Source of the DNA: a virus
Lineage: Duplodnaviria; Caudoviricetes
DNA length: 57,955 nucleotides
Strand: one strand, 5' to 3'
Virus record (IMG/VR): IMGVR_UViG_3300027733_000003
Location: 1-57,955 of that record
Below the pieces are notes generated by a model that saw nothing but the letters and a program-made list of their open reading frames with translations, had not been told where the DNA came from and did not search any database. Position 1 is the first letter of the stretch; each line of letters begins with the position of its first letter. Shown one piece after another: positions 19,123 to 29,207 of the stretch. The position numbers and the translations under genes were made by a program.

Positions 19123-21417
19123 TTAATTTCTACCAGCTTTTCTATACATCCTGTCTTGTTCTTCATGAAGCTTTTTAGCATAGGCATCAGCAGCTTCAGT
19201 TGTTTTAAACTTACCAAGATGCTCACCAGTTTTTTTGTAATGAGCAATAGCTTCGTTGTCACTAACAATTTTTCCATTAACCACTGTTGGAATAAGAACT
19301 TCAACATTCTCGTTCATAGGTTTAAAAGATATAGAACGAACAGTGCTTATAGAACCATCTTTGTTTGTAACAACAGGACGTTTTGTAAGATTAATGTTAC
19401 CTGATTCTACAAGGCCAGCAGACTTAGCCCCACTAGAATCTGCGCTGGCAGGTATCGCACTTTTATTTTGTTTGGCTGCGCGGTCTGCTTTAATTCTTGC
19501 TGTTTCCGCATCCATATCAGCTTTGAATTTTGCTTCTTTTGCCACGGCTTCTTTGTCTGGATTACCTTTGTACGTTCCGCCGCCGCCAACCGCTGCTGCA
19601 TCTGTATTATCTGTAGTAGATATAGGAAGGGCTGACTTATTTTTTCCTGCATCAGTTTTATCAGTCTTGTCGTTGCCTTTAGCTTTCTTAAAAGCTGTGA
19701 CCATGGGGTCTTCCCCAAACACGTTTGGCCATTTTTCTTTGACGGCTTCAATTTGTTCTGGAGTAACTGCATTTTCAAGATCGCGGTATGCAGCAGTCCG
19801 TTCTTCCGAGCTTACTACGGAGCGATCAGGTTTTTTCAGGGCATTGATAAGTCCGGTGATGTCTCCACTTTTCTTAGCGGCAGCAGTAGCTGCTTTTAAT
19901 AACACGGCTTGACCTTCTGGGCCGTTTTGCTGTTCTGGTGTGAGTTTGGAGAATTCTTCCATATAAGGTTTCATCAAGGCCCCAGCTTCAGCATTTACTG
20001 TTGCCACTTTAGCTAACGCGTTATGCAAATTAGCATTGGCGTTAGAAGCCTTAGCCGCAGCGTTTGCTTGGTTAGCCGTTGCTGCAAAAGTACCTGCATC
20101 TTCTTTTGCTTTAAGTTCTTTAGCAGATGTGGCGGCATTAGCTGTGGCAGCAGCAGCTTGCGCAGTTTGAGCAGTTGCAGAAATTCCATGGGTTTTCAAT
20201 TCTTGTTCTTTTTGCAAGAACGTAACCAGTTCTTTTTCGTCCCTGAACAAACCTTCTTTCATCAGTTTGCTTTTTAAATTGTTCGCATATTCTGTCTGCG
20301 CCAATTCTTGCAACGCACCCTTGGCTTGGTCTAAATTTGTAATTGGTTGGCCAATAGGTTTACCTTGATCGTCCAAAACAACAATAGCGCCGTTTTTAAA
20401 TTGAACATCATGACCAAGAGCTTTTTTTAGTTCAGGGCCAAAAGTAGATACCAAGCCTTCCATGCCCTTACTTTTTGCAACTTCTGAAATTTGATCCAAG
20501 CGGGCTGCTGATGTTCTACGAACATCCTCCATGGCGGCATTGAACTTCTGGTCAAATTTTTCTGTTGTATCTGCTTGCCGAATTTTGTAACTATTCAGAG
20601 TCATAGTCTGATCGCCAACTTTTATTGTCTGTTGGTTGGCAAGCGTCTGTGTATATTTGGACTCCATGTCCATGGCTTTATCAAGGGCGTACGAATTCCC
20701 TGACTTCATCGCCAAGTCTTTCAACTTTTGAATTTTAAGAAGGTGCGGGTCGTTCGACAATGCGGCTGTTGCTGAAGTTTCCGCTGGTGTAGGTGCAGAT
20801 GCAGGTGCTGCTTTATTCGTTGCTATTGCTTGTGCAGGTGCTGCCGCTGCCGCTGGTGCTGTTTTTTCAAAAAGAGCAGTTGTTCTAGCCAAACTTTCTC
20901 TACTGAGAGGCTCTACCTCAGAATCAGGTGTTGGCGCAGCAGGTGTATTTTTTTGATTAACCCAATCTGTAAAATCTAACTTAGTTGTTTTGTCAGCTAT
21001 CCAAGCATTGTAATTTTCATTACTGCGGTCAAAAACAGGCGTACTACCTGAAGATTTAATTACTGACCCATCGGCGGGCGGCATAGCGGCTGTTTGCGCT
21101 GTTGTTGGTATCGCCGTAGGTGCCTTTGCAGCTGCCGCCGCAGAAGCAGCACTCATTTCATCACCACCGGCAAATCTTGCAGTAACATTACCCACTTTGT
21201 CAGGCGCATCCATGCCAAAGGCTTGCTTTAGCAGGTCGTTGAATTCTACTTTTTGCTTTTGTTCAGTTTCTTCCCAACCAAACTTTTTCTTTTGCATGCC
21301 AAGAGCTTCTTCACGCATCGCCATTTCTTTTTCACGAAACGCTTGTTCTTGATACGCAGATATGCCTTTGGCGACACCGCCAGCAAAATTACCTAAAGCA
21401 GCAATATTAAGCCCCAT
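19123..21417 (-). CDS. Putative internal virion/ejection protein (gp15-like position)
   Basis: 764 aa, Ala-rich helical, N-terminal [11 protein letters not shown]; distinct globular C-terminal domain. Confidence 0.7.
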   Translation of the reverse strand: MGLNIAALGNFAGGVAKGISAYQEQAFREKEMAMREEALGMQKKKFGWEETEQKQKVEFNDLLKQAFGMDAPDKVGNVTARFAGGDEMSAASAAAAAKAPTAIPTTAQTAAMPPADGSVIKSSGSTPVFDRSNENYNAWIADKTTKLDFTDWVNQKNTPAAPTPDSEVEPLSRESLARTTALFEKTAPAAAAAPAQAIATNKAAPASAPTPAETSATAALSNDPHLLKIQKLKDLAMKSGNSYALDKAMDMESKYTQTLANQQTIKVGDQTMTLNSYKIRQADTTEKFDQKFNAAMEDVRRTSAARLDQISEVAKSKGMEGLVSTFGPELKKALGHDVQFKNGAIVVLDDQGKPIGQPITNLDQAKGALQELAQTEYANNLKSKLMKEGLFRDEKELVTFLQKEQELKTHGISATAQTAQAAAATANAATSAKELKAKEDAGTFAATANQANAAAKASNANANLHNALAKVATVNAEAGALMKPYMEEFSKLTPEQQNGPEGQAVLLKAATAAAKKSGDITGLINALKKPDRSVVSSEERTAAYRDLENAVTPEQIEAVKEKWPNVFGEDPMVTAFKKAKGNDKTDKTDAGKNKSALPISTTDNTDAAAVGGGGTYKGNPDKEAVAKEAKFKADMDAETARIKADRAAKQNKSAIPASADSSGAKSAGLVESGNINLTKRPVVTNKDGSISTVRSISFKPMNENVEVLIPTVVNGKIVSDNEAIAHYKKTGEHLGKFKTTEAADAYAKKLHEEQDRMYRKAGRN

Positions 21418-22540
21418 GATTCAGTACCTTTCCATAATCAACCATTTTGTAGCCATTGCTACCAATAAGAACGGCGTCAGGAATAACTTTTTCAACATCA
21501 TGAGCCATAACACCAATTTGAAAACCATGCCCAGCTTCACCACGAAACTCTGGTTTGTATTGGAATGAATACAGCAAAAGCCCATTCCCCAACTGACCAA
21601 TCTTGGTGATATCTTGTTTGATGCGGATGTCTGAATATTTTGTAATAGCTGCTGATCCAGCTTGGCCAATCAGCGAACCAAACCCACTCATACCAGCGCC
21701 TTCAGCTTGTTGTTGTGCTTGATACGCGCCAACGTCGGCTTGGTATTTTTGAACACCCAGAGTACCAACTTGACCCCAGCCGCCCATAGCAGTCTGTGTA
21801 GCGGCGTTACTTACGCCACTTATAGCAGCGGCATTACCCACCATGTTTTGACCAGCAGCAGCACCTTGGCTATTAGCACCCAGACCAACATTGGTCTGAT
21901 TCAAAGACTGAGCAGGTAAGCCCGCGTACATGTTGTACACGTTAGCTTGTTTCTGAAGACCAACTTGTTTGGCGGCTTCCCGTGTCTGATTCATCGCAGC
22001 AGCAGTTGCCGCAGCTTGGGCAACTTGATTTGAGTTAGCTTGTCCTTGTGCTACACCAGATGTCGGGTCAATACCATAAGACCGTTGGCGCATGGCCGTC
22101 TGTTCACGTTGAACTTGTGCTGCTGTTCCAATATCGCCTGCGGCTTGTGAGGCCAGTTGTTCTTGATATGCCTCTTCGTTATATTTATTTGCGTCGTCCC
22201 GCAATTTCTCCATGGCAGGAATACCTGATTCCTTGTACATGGCATAAGACTCATCCGCCCGTGTTAAATTTTTCTTGGCAGCTTCTTGGGTAACATCATA
22301 AGTACCTTGAAGGCGTGCGTTTTGAGCTTCGGTCTGCTTTAGTAAGTCAGGATAAATTTTGGTTTTAAATTCAGCCCACTGCTCAGTAGCCAACTTGGAT
22401 AACTCGCGTTGAGCAATACCAATATTAGGGTCTGCATCTGGAGCAGAACTACCGCCTTTACCCCACAGAGTTGAAAGACGACCTTTGGCGGTTGGCTTAA
22501 ACGCCAACTCAGGCAACATCTCAAAATCGTGCATCTTCAT
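21407..22540 (-). CDS. Putative ejection/pilot protein with C-terminal Peptidase_S74-like chaperone domain
   Basis: GKGGSSAP start, Gln/Ala/Gly-rich body, [10 protein letters not shown]...[15 protein letters not shown]...VDY. Confidence 0.75.
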   Translation of the reverse strand: MKMHDFEMLPELAFKPTAKGRLSTLWGKGGSSAPDADPNIGIAQRELSKLATEQWAEFKTKIYPDLLKQTEAQNARLQGTYDVTQEAAKKNLTRADESYAMYKESGIPAMEKLRDDANKYNEEAYQEQLASQAAGDIGTAAQVQREQTAMRQRSYGIDPTSGVAQGQANSNQVAQAAATAAAMNQTREAAKQVGLQKQANVYNMYAGLPAQSLNQTNVGLGANSQGAAAGQNMVGNAAAISGVSNAATQTAMGGWGQVGTLGVQKYQADVGAYQAQQQAEGAGMSGFGSLIGQAGSAAITKYSDIRIKQDITKIGQLGNGLLLYSFQYKPEFRGEAGHGFQIGVMAHDVEKVIPDAVLIGSNGYKMVDYGKVLNHGA

Positions 22541-22956
22541 ACGTACCCCTTAATCCATCTGCATTCTTCACGCAGCATCCCATAGATAAACATATCGGAG
22601 CCATCAACATGGGCACGGCGCAAAAGACCTTCACGTTTGTACCCGATATCTTCTACAAATTTGTTTGACACGTTGTTGTCCACTTTCACAAGAGCCGTGA
22701 CTCGGTAACATCTCAGTTGAAGGAACGGATACGCAAACGAGCGAAACAAGAACTCACGGTTCAACCAGTTTTTTCCGGGAGCTGCAACAACATTCATACT
22801 GATTGAAGCACCAGTGTACATATTGAACACAACCCCCGCAATCAATTCTCCGTCTCGTTCAAGACCAATTGCTTCACCGCCGCTATCTTCTTCCCCCAGC
22901 TGTTCCCAGACCCATTTTGATATCTTTTCTTTCTGTCCATAAACAACTGTCTTCAT
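22537..22956 (-). CDS. GNAT-fold acetyltransferase-like protein (T7 gp13/DUF2824-like)
   Basis: YPFLQLRCYRVTALV...NNVS...GYKREGLLR...YGML. Confidence 0.8.
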   Translation of the reverse strand: MKTVVYGQKEKISKWVWEQLGEEDSGGEAIGLERDGELIAGVVFNMYTGASISMNVVAAPGKNWLNREFLFRSFAYPFLQLRCYRVTALVKVDNNVSNKFVEDIGYKREGLLRRAHVDGSDMFIYGMLREECRWIKGYV

Positions 22957-22967
22957 GGGGCTGTATC

Positions 22968-23171
22968 TTACCCACTTTGGTTGATTCTGGAAAGTATTTG
23001 GTTGACTTTTGTGATGACGTCTGATAACACAGCGTCTGACCCTAGAGGAGCCAGAGAAGTAGACCCCGGTCGTGCGCCAGTGATTAACTCCACATTGGTC
23101 TTCAGTGGTTCAAGAATTTGCGACAGTTCACGAGGTAGGCTCCCCGTTGCTGGGATCGCTGGCTTCTTCAT
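22968..23171 (-). CDS. Hypothetical tail-associated protein
   Basis: 67 aa, ATGA-coupled to the upstream gene. Confidence 0.65.
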   Translation of the reverse strand: MKKPAIPATGSLPRELSQILEPLKTNVELITGARPGSTSLAPLGSDAVLSDVITKVNQILSRINQSG

Positions 23172-25000
23172 ATCTGTTTCAACTCACCAATGGTGGAAGC
23201 CATACGGAACTGGCGAATTGGAGCATTGCCAGTCAACTTGACCTCATACACGTAGTTCTTGTTGGCCGCTGGCATACGCACAGGTTCTTGATCTGTAATA
23301 CCAGCAGAAAATATCTGAGCATCATCAGCATTTATAACAACTTGTACGTTTCGTACGTCAGCAGCATTAGGAATAGGAGTCAAAATACTTCCATTAATCG
23401 CAAAAATATTAACAGCCGCACCATCTACTCGTCCCCCCAACGGGGTTCCCGCTGCCCAAATTACTTGGTTTGCCGCAATAATTGCCGCCACATACGTGTT
23501 GTATGAAGACGTGTCTGCTATGTAAATCCAGTCAGCTTGCAGCTTCAGCGCCCCAAAATTAGTAGGGGATGGCATGACAAACTTCTTTGACTTCCATTCA
23601 AAAAACAAGTTGTTGATGGGGTCTGCGTCCAGCTGATAAATTTTGTTATCTGAAGAATCGACGGTGTATACGTTGGCTGTTGTGCGCTCAAGGAATATGG
23701 CATATCCCGGAACAGCTAAGGTAACCAGAGGGGGTGTGTCCCCGCGAGTAATGACAAGTGCAGCCTTGGTGTTTCCCGATTCATAGAACGCCAAGTACAT
23801 GTTCTGGTAAATCGCCCCCACTATAGAAGTCGGCAGGTATGCACTCCACTCATTTCGGGTAAACAACGCACGGGTAACAACATCTGTGCTGCCCGGAGCG
23901 ATGGCTACGATACCGTTGGGGCTGGCGTACAACACGCCATACTGGTCGCTGGCAATAGATTTCTTGGACACGCATGGCTCAAAAATACTGAGCTTTTCCT
24001 GAGTCATTGATCCGGGAGTAGAACCAGAGATCAGATATGTAGAGTACGTTGTACATACAACAAGGGTCTGGCCAAACACACCCATACCTATGATTGGAAA
24101 TCCAACCGTCATCATGTAGCTTGTTGGCCACGCATGCGGAAGGTACGGCTCACAGAACCAGACTTGGTTATCTACAAAACCCGCCACAATGCCGTTGGGC
24201 ATAGGTATTAACCCTTTAAGGGTCGCAGGAGGAGGTGCGTAGTACAAGGACGGAAGTGCTGTTCCAAGGTCGGCTGCAAGAATATTGTCAGCAAAAGAAC
24301 CGCTGGCCACGCCAGTTGCGGGAGTAACCGATACAGTACCCACATACAAATAAGACACTGAGGTTGCGCCCGTCACGGCTCGGTAAATCCGAATGGCTGT
24401 AATGTTGTATCCAGCTGCTGTGGTTGGCGCAGTGGCAAAAGCACTGACTGTTACAGTAGCCCCAGTCGCCCATGTTGCAATAGAAGCCGCAGGGCTTGGG
24501 CCAGATTCTTCAAGCACAGAACCAAACGTGCTGATGTACGTATACACATACGCCCTGTTTTCAGCAGTCGTACCAGCCGTTGTAGCAAGTGTGGGGGCAG
24601 CTGTAGGGTTTGGTACGCCCATCTGGTAGTAGGCATCTGGGAACGGCTTTGTGCCTGACCCACTTGTCGTGGCCAAGTTCCAGTTGGTTTTTTTGGGGCC
24701 AACACCATCGGTGTAGTAAACACGAAAATCAGTGGTATCTACCACAGGGCTTGGAACAACGTCTACATCACTCGTCCACTCAAGCCACGCTTTATCGCCT
24801 GTTGTTAGCTTTTCCAGCTGGTATATGGTTTTTACACCAGACTGACCAAGCGTGTACACAGCAACTGGTTTGCGCCACGGTCGGATTTCACCCGACTGCA
24901 ACTTTAAATTTGACGCAGTTTGTGCCTGCGTAGGCCCAAGCTCAGTTGGGCCAATACGGGGGGCGATCCCTGAGAACTGTTCTAACTTAATTACAGACAT
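23168..25000 (-). CDS. Tail nozzle/head-stabilisation protein (tubular protein B-like)
   Basis: 610 aa beta-rich; VWFCEPYLPHAWP, CVSKKSI, LYASPNG, WKSK motifs; synteny. Confidence 0.7.
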   Translation of the reverse strand: MSVIKLEQFSGIAPRIGPTELGPTQAQTASNLKLQSGEIRPWRKPVAVYTLGQSGVKTIYQLEKLTTGDKAWLEWTSDVDVVPSPVVDTTDFRVYYTDGVGPKKTNWNLATTSGSGTKPFPDAYYQMGVPNPTAAPTLATTAGTTAENRAYVYTYISTFGSVLEESGPSPAASIATWATGATVTVSAFATAPTTAAGYNITAIRIYRAVTGATSVSYLYVGTVSVTPATGVASGSFADNILAADLGTALPSLYYAPPPATLKGLIPMPNGIVAGFVDNQVWFCEPYLPHAWPTSYMMTVGFPIIGMGVFGQTLVVCTTYSTYLISGSTPGSMTQEKLSIFEPCVSKKSIASDQYGVLYASPNGIVAIAPGSTDVVTRALFTRNEWSAYLPTSIVGAIYQNMYLAFYESGNTKAALVITRGDTPPLVTLAVPGYAIFLERTTANVYTVDSSDNKIYQLDADPINNLFFEWKSKKFVMPSPTNFGALKLQADWIYIADTSSYNTYVAAIIAANQVIWAAGTPLGGRVDGAAVNIFAINGSILTPIPNAADVRNVQVVINADDAQIFSAGITDQEPVRMPAANKNYVYEVKLTGNAPIRQFRMASTIGELKQI

Positions 25001-25015
25001 GACCGCCCCTTAGAT

Positions 25016-25264
25016 TTACTCAGCTGCGGTGACAGCCACAGTATCAGTTACATCAACACTAGAGTCAGTCTTCTTACGGGTTTTCTTGACAGGGTTGTTC
25101 TGAATTTCTTCAGCCATTGTCTTGCCTTCATCCGTCAAACTGAACACACCATCTGTACCAAGCTCACCAACTTTACGTCGGTCGCTCATAACACCAATGA
25201 TGATATTGCCAGCGCAAATTTCTGCGCCTGTGGCTTCCATGAACTGCTCAAAACTGATTGCCAT
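25016..25264 (-). CDS. Hypothetical protein
   Basis: AAGGAG RBS; 82 aa. Confidence 0.7.
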   Translation of the reverse strand: MAISFEQFMEATGAEICAGNIIIGVMSDRRKVGELGTDGVFSLTDEGKTMAEEIQNNPVKKTRKKTDSSVDVTDTVAVTAAE

Positions 25265-25273
25265 AAATTCTCC

Positions 25274-25702
25274 TTATGCGTAGGCACGAGTGCCTGCTTT
25301 ATCAATGATCAAAGCCATATTCCGTGGATCATGACCTTCTTCATTCGGAATTGAGACATGTGTCCAGCGGTCAAATTCCCGAATAACCTGATCATAGGGC
25401 AAACCGGATGCCATGATTGCAGAAACAACTTCATCAGGGGTCATGCCGGGAACACGAATGTCCGCTGCGCAACCACGCCGATGCTGTGATTTGTCGGACG
25501 ATCCTACTGCTTTATTGACTTCAGCGCAACGAAAAGCTGAGTTCACGATGATTGGTTTGCCACCAATAACTTCTTTGACTTGTTCCAAAAACTCGGCAAG
25601 ACGAACCAAGTTGGCCATCTCTTCGTCGTTTGGTGTGTTGTCAAATTCGCGGTGGTCTGTGTGGGTCAGTTCGTCAAGGGTGAAGCTGGGGCTGAGGTTC
25701 AT
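25274..25702 (-). CDS. Endolysin, Peptidase M15A family
   Basis: LSPSFTLDEL, SAFRC..VNKAVG...SQH..GCAAD, WTHVS. Confidence 0.9.
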   Translation of the reverse strand: MNLSPSFTLDELTHTDHREFDNTPNDEEMANLVRLAEFLEQVKEVIGGKPIIVNSAFRCAEVNKAVGSSDKSQHRRGCAADIRVPGMTPDEVVSAIMASGLPYDQVIREFDRWTHVSIPNEEGHDPRNMALIIDKAGTRAYA

Positions 25703-26181
25703 GGTTTACTCCTTAAGGTTTGGAAGGCTGAGTTGTAGGCGTCGATACAGGCGTTGAGTTGCCTGATGGCTTTGTCTCCGTCGTCGGTGATGGCGATAAG
25801 ACGTCGAGCAACCTCTGGGTCAAGCTCGGCTGTTGCTTGAACGCTATTTCCGGCGGCAGGGGTGGAATCTCCGGCGGTTGATACGGGGCACTCGGGGGCT
25901 TTGATAGCGACCCGCAGCTTGAGATTGCCAGAGGCAATAGCAGCATCACGCTCTTTTGAAATAGACTTTGCTTTCTCATTTGACATCCTCAAGGAATTTG
26001 CGGTAGTGGTAACAGCAGCAGATAAAGCCTGTTCTTTCTGTCTGGCTTCGCCGTTCAGTCGGGCAATCTCCAACTGTTGTCGGGTTGTCTCGTCACGCTT
26101 GCCTTTGTAGTACCCACTTCCAAAACTACCAAGAATAGCCAGCAAGACACCCAATAAAACATATGGGTTAAATATGCTCAT
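25699..26181 (-). CDS. Rz-like inner-membrane spanin
   Basis: N-terminal TM, coiled coil, AELD...GD.AI.QLNAC. Confidence 0.85.
   Translation of the reverse strand: MSIFNPYVLLGVLLAILGSFGSGYYKGKRDETTRQQLEIARLNGEARQKEQALSAAVTTTANSLRMSNEKAKSISKERDAAIASGNLKLRVAIKAPECPVSTAGDSTPAAGNSVQATAELDPEVARRLIAITDDGDKAIRQLNACIDAYNSAFQTLRSKP
25713..25979 (-). CDS. Rz1-like outer-membrane lipoprotein spanin embedded in Rz
   Basis: Signal plus lipobox LAISSC, Pro-rich mature part, fully nested in +1 frame. Confidence 0.75.
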   Translation of the reverse strand: MRKQSLFQKSVMLLLPLAISSCGSLSKPPSAPYQPPEIPPLPPEIAFKQQPSLTQRLLDVLSPSPTTETKPSGNSTPVSTPTTQPSKP

Positions 26182-26537
26182 GGAACTTCCGTGTTGCTAT
26201 TTGGCGGTAGATTGGCGCTCAAAGGTTTGACCATTGGTTTTGGCGGCTCATCATTGTCGGTGGCTTCTGCTTTGGCAACAGCCTTGGCAACCGCTTTGAC
26301 CCCGGATCTACCGGCAACACCGCCCAGTACGCCTGAGACAAACACCATGATGGTGCTGATTTGCTGGGTGTATATCTTGTCGATAGGCGCAAGGCCACTC
26401 ATTGGCTGGGTCACAAAGCTTACCGAATAGAGAAACATCGCCATTGACCCCAAAAGGATCAGCACCAAAGAAACAATCACAAAGGCCCATACACGGGCTT
26501 CAATCTCATCAGGGGTAAGACGGGTGTGGAACGCCAT
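26178..26537 (-). CDS. Two-TM membrane protein (holin candidate)
   Basis: Two hydrophobic helices; adjacent to spanin and endolysin. Confidence 0.6.
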   Translation of the reverse strand: MAFHTRLTPDEIEARVWAFVIVSLVLILLGSMAMFLYSVSFVTQPMSGLAPIDKIYTQQISTIMVFVSGVLGGVAGRSGVKAVAKAVAKAEATDNDEPPKPMVKPLSANLPPNSNTEVP

Positions 26538-26722
26538 TATTTCTTCTCCTGTTCGGGTTTAACAAGCATTTCAGGGCAAGTGCTTGTAGCGGTGCAGATA
26601 GGGGGCTTGCACTCAGCATTTTGCCAGTTCTTAGGGTCTTGGCAAGGGTATCTAAAATGATCTTCGCAGCCTGTCAGCAGCACCAACAAGATTGACAGCC
26701 CCCAAATACAGTAGATGTTCAT
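26537..26722 (-). CDS. Small Cys-rich lipoprotein
   Basis: LLTGC lipobox; RYPCQDP.NW..CKPPIC...CP. Confidence 0.75.
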   Translation of the reverse strand: MNIYCIWGLSILLVLLTGCEDHFRYPCQDPKNWQNAECKPPICTATSTCPEMLVKPEQEKK

Positions 26723-27006
26723 TTATCTTTCTCCCTTTCTTTTTGCTCAATCTTCTGCCGCATCTTCTCAACTTTTTCAACTTGAGACTTAACCTCATTC
26801 TTAGCGTCCAAGATGTCAAGATAAAGAAACCCCATCAGTGGCAACAACAAGGCAATCAGCAAGCAAGCAGCGATCCATCCCACTATGTCTTCCTCCACTG
26901 GCTTACGAATATCAGCCACATCCATATATACAGAAGGAATATTCCTGTTACGACTAGGTACGCCGACTTTGCTTGGAAGTTTCTTTGCCTTTCCTTGCGT
27001 AGCCAT
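26719..27006 (-). CDS. Single-TM plus coiled-coil protein (start uncertain)
   Basis: WIAACLLIALLLPLMGFLYL then charged helix; overlaps the upstream gene. Confidence 0.6.
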   Translation of the reverse strand: MATQGKAKKLPSKVGVPSRNRNIPSVYMDVADIRKPVEEDIVGWIAACLLIALLLPLMGFLYLDILDAKNEVKSQVEKVEKMRQKIEQKEREKDK

Positions 27007-27593
27007 TCCTTGTACCTTTCCTTTGCTTCCTGCTTCAGTCTGGCTTGTTCTTGCTCCTCTTGTATGATTTCTCGCATCTCAAACACTTCAGAGTACAAAG
27101 CACCCATCTCTGGGGGACTCTGATACACCATACATTCACGAATCTGAACCACCAACTCAGCCATCTGCTGTTGAGCCATAACCCTGTTCAGGGCGGCTTC
27201 CATGTGATTCTGGTCAGGATCGTAAACGCTTCTAGACTTTTCTTCTTCTTCCCTTATGTGAGCGGCAAGTTGTTCTTGAATCTTGAAGAATTCAGTAAGT
27301 TGTTTGACAATATTGACTTTGACTTGAGTTTCATCAACAGCGACAAACTTTTCTTTCTTTTTCGCCAGAGGCTTGGGCGGGGTGGCGGCAACTGCTGCTG
27401 GCTTGTTCTTAGGCTTGAAGAAGTTACTAAAGTTACTCCAAAATCCAGTAACTTCCTTATATACCTTGGCGGCTTCGTCAACAGTAGACTTGACTTCCAT
27501 AAAGGAAGTCTTGACCTGCTTGTAAAGCTCACAGCCTTCTTTGATTGCTGCAACACAAGCATTGGCGGCAAAGAGTAGACTGATCGGATCAAT
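26883..27593 (-). CDS. Coiled-coil membrane protein, probable ATT start (IDPISLLFAANACVAAIK...)
   Basis: Frame stays open 31 codons upstream of ATG 27500 to an ATT with AAGG 7 nt upstream; C-terminal TM. Confidence 0.6.
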   Translation of the reverse strand: MDPISLLFAANACVAAIKEGCELYKQVKTSFMEVKSTVDEAAKVYKEVTGFWSNFSNFFKPKNKPAAVAATPPKPLAKKKEKFVAVDETQVKVNIVKQLTEFFKIQEQLAAHIREEEEKSRSVYDPDQNHMEAALNRVMAQQQMAELVVQIRECMVYQSPPEMGALYSEVFEMREIIQEEQEQARLKQEAKERYKEWLRKERQRNFQAKSAYLVVTGIFLLYIWMWLIFVSQWRKT

Positions 27594-27596
27594 TTT

Positions 27597-27764
27597 TTAG
27601 CCTTGCGCTGGAGGCTGTGCTTCCAGTCGTGCTGCTTCTTCTGCTGCGGCTTGTTCTGCTGCTTGCTGTGCTACTGCCGCATCGTATGCGGCTTGTTCTT
27701 CAGCGGTGTACTCAACTTGAGTGGTTACGCCTGTTTCTACGTTTACTTCAATTCTGTGTGTCAT
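27597..27764 (-). CDS. Small tail-region protein MTHRIEVNVETG... (55 aa; not in ORF track)
   Basis: Translated by hand; Ala/Glu/Gln-rich helix. Confidence 0.7.
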   Translation of the reverse strand: MTHRIEVNVETGVTTQVEYTAEEQAAYDAAVAQQAAEQAAAEEAARLEAQPPAQG

Positions 27765-27769
27765 GATGT

Positions 27770-28309
27770 TTACTCGTAAAGAATATTGATTGAACCTGCG
27801 TCAAAAGTGTCAGTGCCGTTGGTGGTGGTGATGCGTAATCGGTCAAGAGCGCCAGATGTTGTTTTAGTGCCGCTAAAAAAATTAATTGCGGGGGTTGTGC
27901 CACTACTTCTAAAAGTATTCCCTGTTAATGTCCAAATATTTGACCCTGCCAAGCTAAGAATTGCAGTGCCGCTTAAGGTATCAGTATTTACGTTAAGCCC
28001 ACCTATTTGAAACATAGTCGTAAGAACACTATCCCATGCTGCTGCTGGCGTATTGGTAATTCGTGCAGAACTACCTACATAACCTGTTGCTTCTACTGAG
28101 CCAGAACCAATTTGTAAACTTACGTTGGGTACGTTAGTGCTGGTACTTACCCCAATAAGCATCACAGTAATACGCTTTACCCATGACGGTATAGATGTAA
28201 AGTCAATGCTTGTACCGCTGGTAGATGCAACAGCAGTGCCAGAGGTAATGCCAAGAATTGCGCCAGAGTTGATCGTGACGCTTGCTGAACCATCAATAGT
28301 AGTTGTCAT
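27770..28309 (-). CDS. Tail fibre/adhesin-like protein
   Basis: STSGTSIDFTSIPSWVKRI...TFDAGSINILYE, beta-rich. Confidence 0.7.
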   Translation of the reverse strand: MTTTIDGSASVTINSGAILGITSGTAVASTSGTSIDFTSIPSWVKRITVMLIGVSTSTNVPNVSLQIGSGSVEATGYVGSSARITNTPAAAWDSVLTTMFQIGGLNVNTDTLSGTAILSLAGSNIWTLTGNTFRSSGTTPAINFFSGTKTTSGALDRLRITTTNGTDTFDAGSINILYE

Positions 28310-28929
28310 GCCCATGTCCCCACGTTAGTTGCTGCGCCAGATGCGGAAAGCGGATTGATTCGGATGTAGCTACCAATGGCTGTTGAGTAAGCCCCGCCCG
28401 GTGCGGCTGACAGCGTGTATTGCGGAATGAATGTACCGCCAGCGTTTATTGATACTGTGCCTTTTACCATAAACACATACGATCTAAATGCTGAGGTTGA
28501 TGCGTTAGTAATTACGCTGCTTGACGCTGTTTGTATAAAACTTGCTGTAACAGTTTGTCCCGTAGAAGAAAATACCGCGCCATCAGTATGGAAGGTGACG
28601 TCATGAGCAATGTTATTAACTGTTGCCGTTCCACCAAACCCTAGCGCGGTTGTGTGCGATGTTGTGCCAGCGGTTTTGCTTATTGCGACTACCAATTCAA
28701 ACTCGTATACAGTGCTTGCTGATAGCGTTACACCAACACCAAACAAACTTTGTGCGCCTGTAGCGTTTGACCCTACATAAGCAGAATCCAATCTGTAATA
28801 CTGTTGAGTCGGAACAATGCCTCGCTGTGTGCCGATAGGTGTAGCCGCAAAGATAGGGCTTGTGTATTCAATCTGCCCAGCGGCGGCTGGACTTGATAGC
28901 GTGTCAGAAGTTAAAACAAGTATTGACAT
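28306..28929 (-). CDS. Tail fibre/adhesin-like protein
   Basis: 207 aa Ser/Thr/Gly-rich, in tail cluster. Confidence 0.65.
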   Translation of the reverse strand: MSILVLTSDTLSSPAAAGQIEYTSPIFAATPIGTQRGIVPTQQYYRLDSAYVGSNATGAQSLFGVGVTLSASTVYEFELVVAISKTAGTTSHTTALGFGGTATVNNIAHDVTFHTDGAVFSSTGQTVTASFIQTASSSVITNASTSAFRSYVFMVKGTVSINAGGTFIPQYTLSAAPGGAYSTAIGSYIRINPLSASGAATNVGTWA

Positions 28930-28931
28930 GA

Positions 28932-29198
28932 TTAAGCCTTTGGATATTTATCTTTGACTGCTTGAATTGCGGCTTTCCATGCGTCCATGCCGCCGTGATA
29001 AAGCAAATCAAACTGGTCTGTAATTGATGGGTATTCATCGGCACGTTTCTGTGTGTAAGGCCGTGCCGCTTGTTGTTCGGCACGAATGTCTTCAGCTTCA
29101 GCATCAGTGATTGATATTTTGTCGCCAATCAAATCGTCCTGTGAGCCATCAAGCTCATAAGCAAAAATGTTGTTGCTAGCATCTTTAAATAATTTCAT
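28932..29198 (-). CDS. Tail fibre assembly chaperone-like protein
   Basis: RADEYPSITDQFDLLYH...WKAAIQAVKDKYPK. Confidence 0.7.
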   Translation of the reverse strand: MKLFKDASNNIFAYELDGSQDDLIGDKISITDAEAEDIRAEQQAARPYTQKRADEYPSITDQFDLLYHGGMDAWKAAIQAVKDKYPKA

Positions 29199-29207
29199 GA
29201 TTTATCC

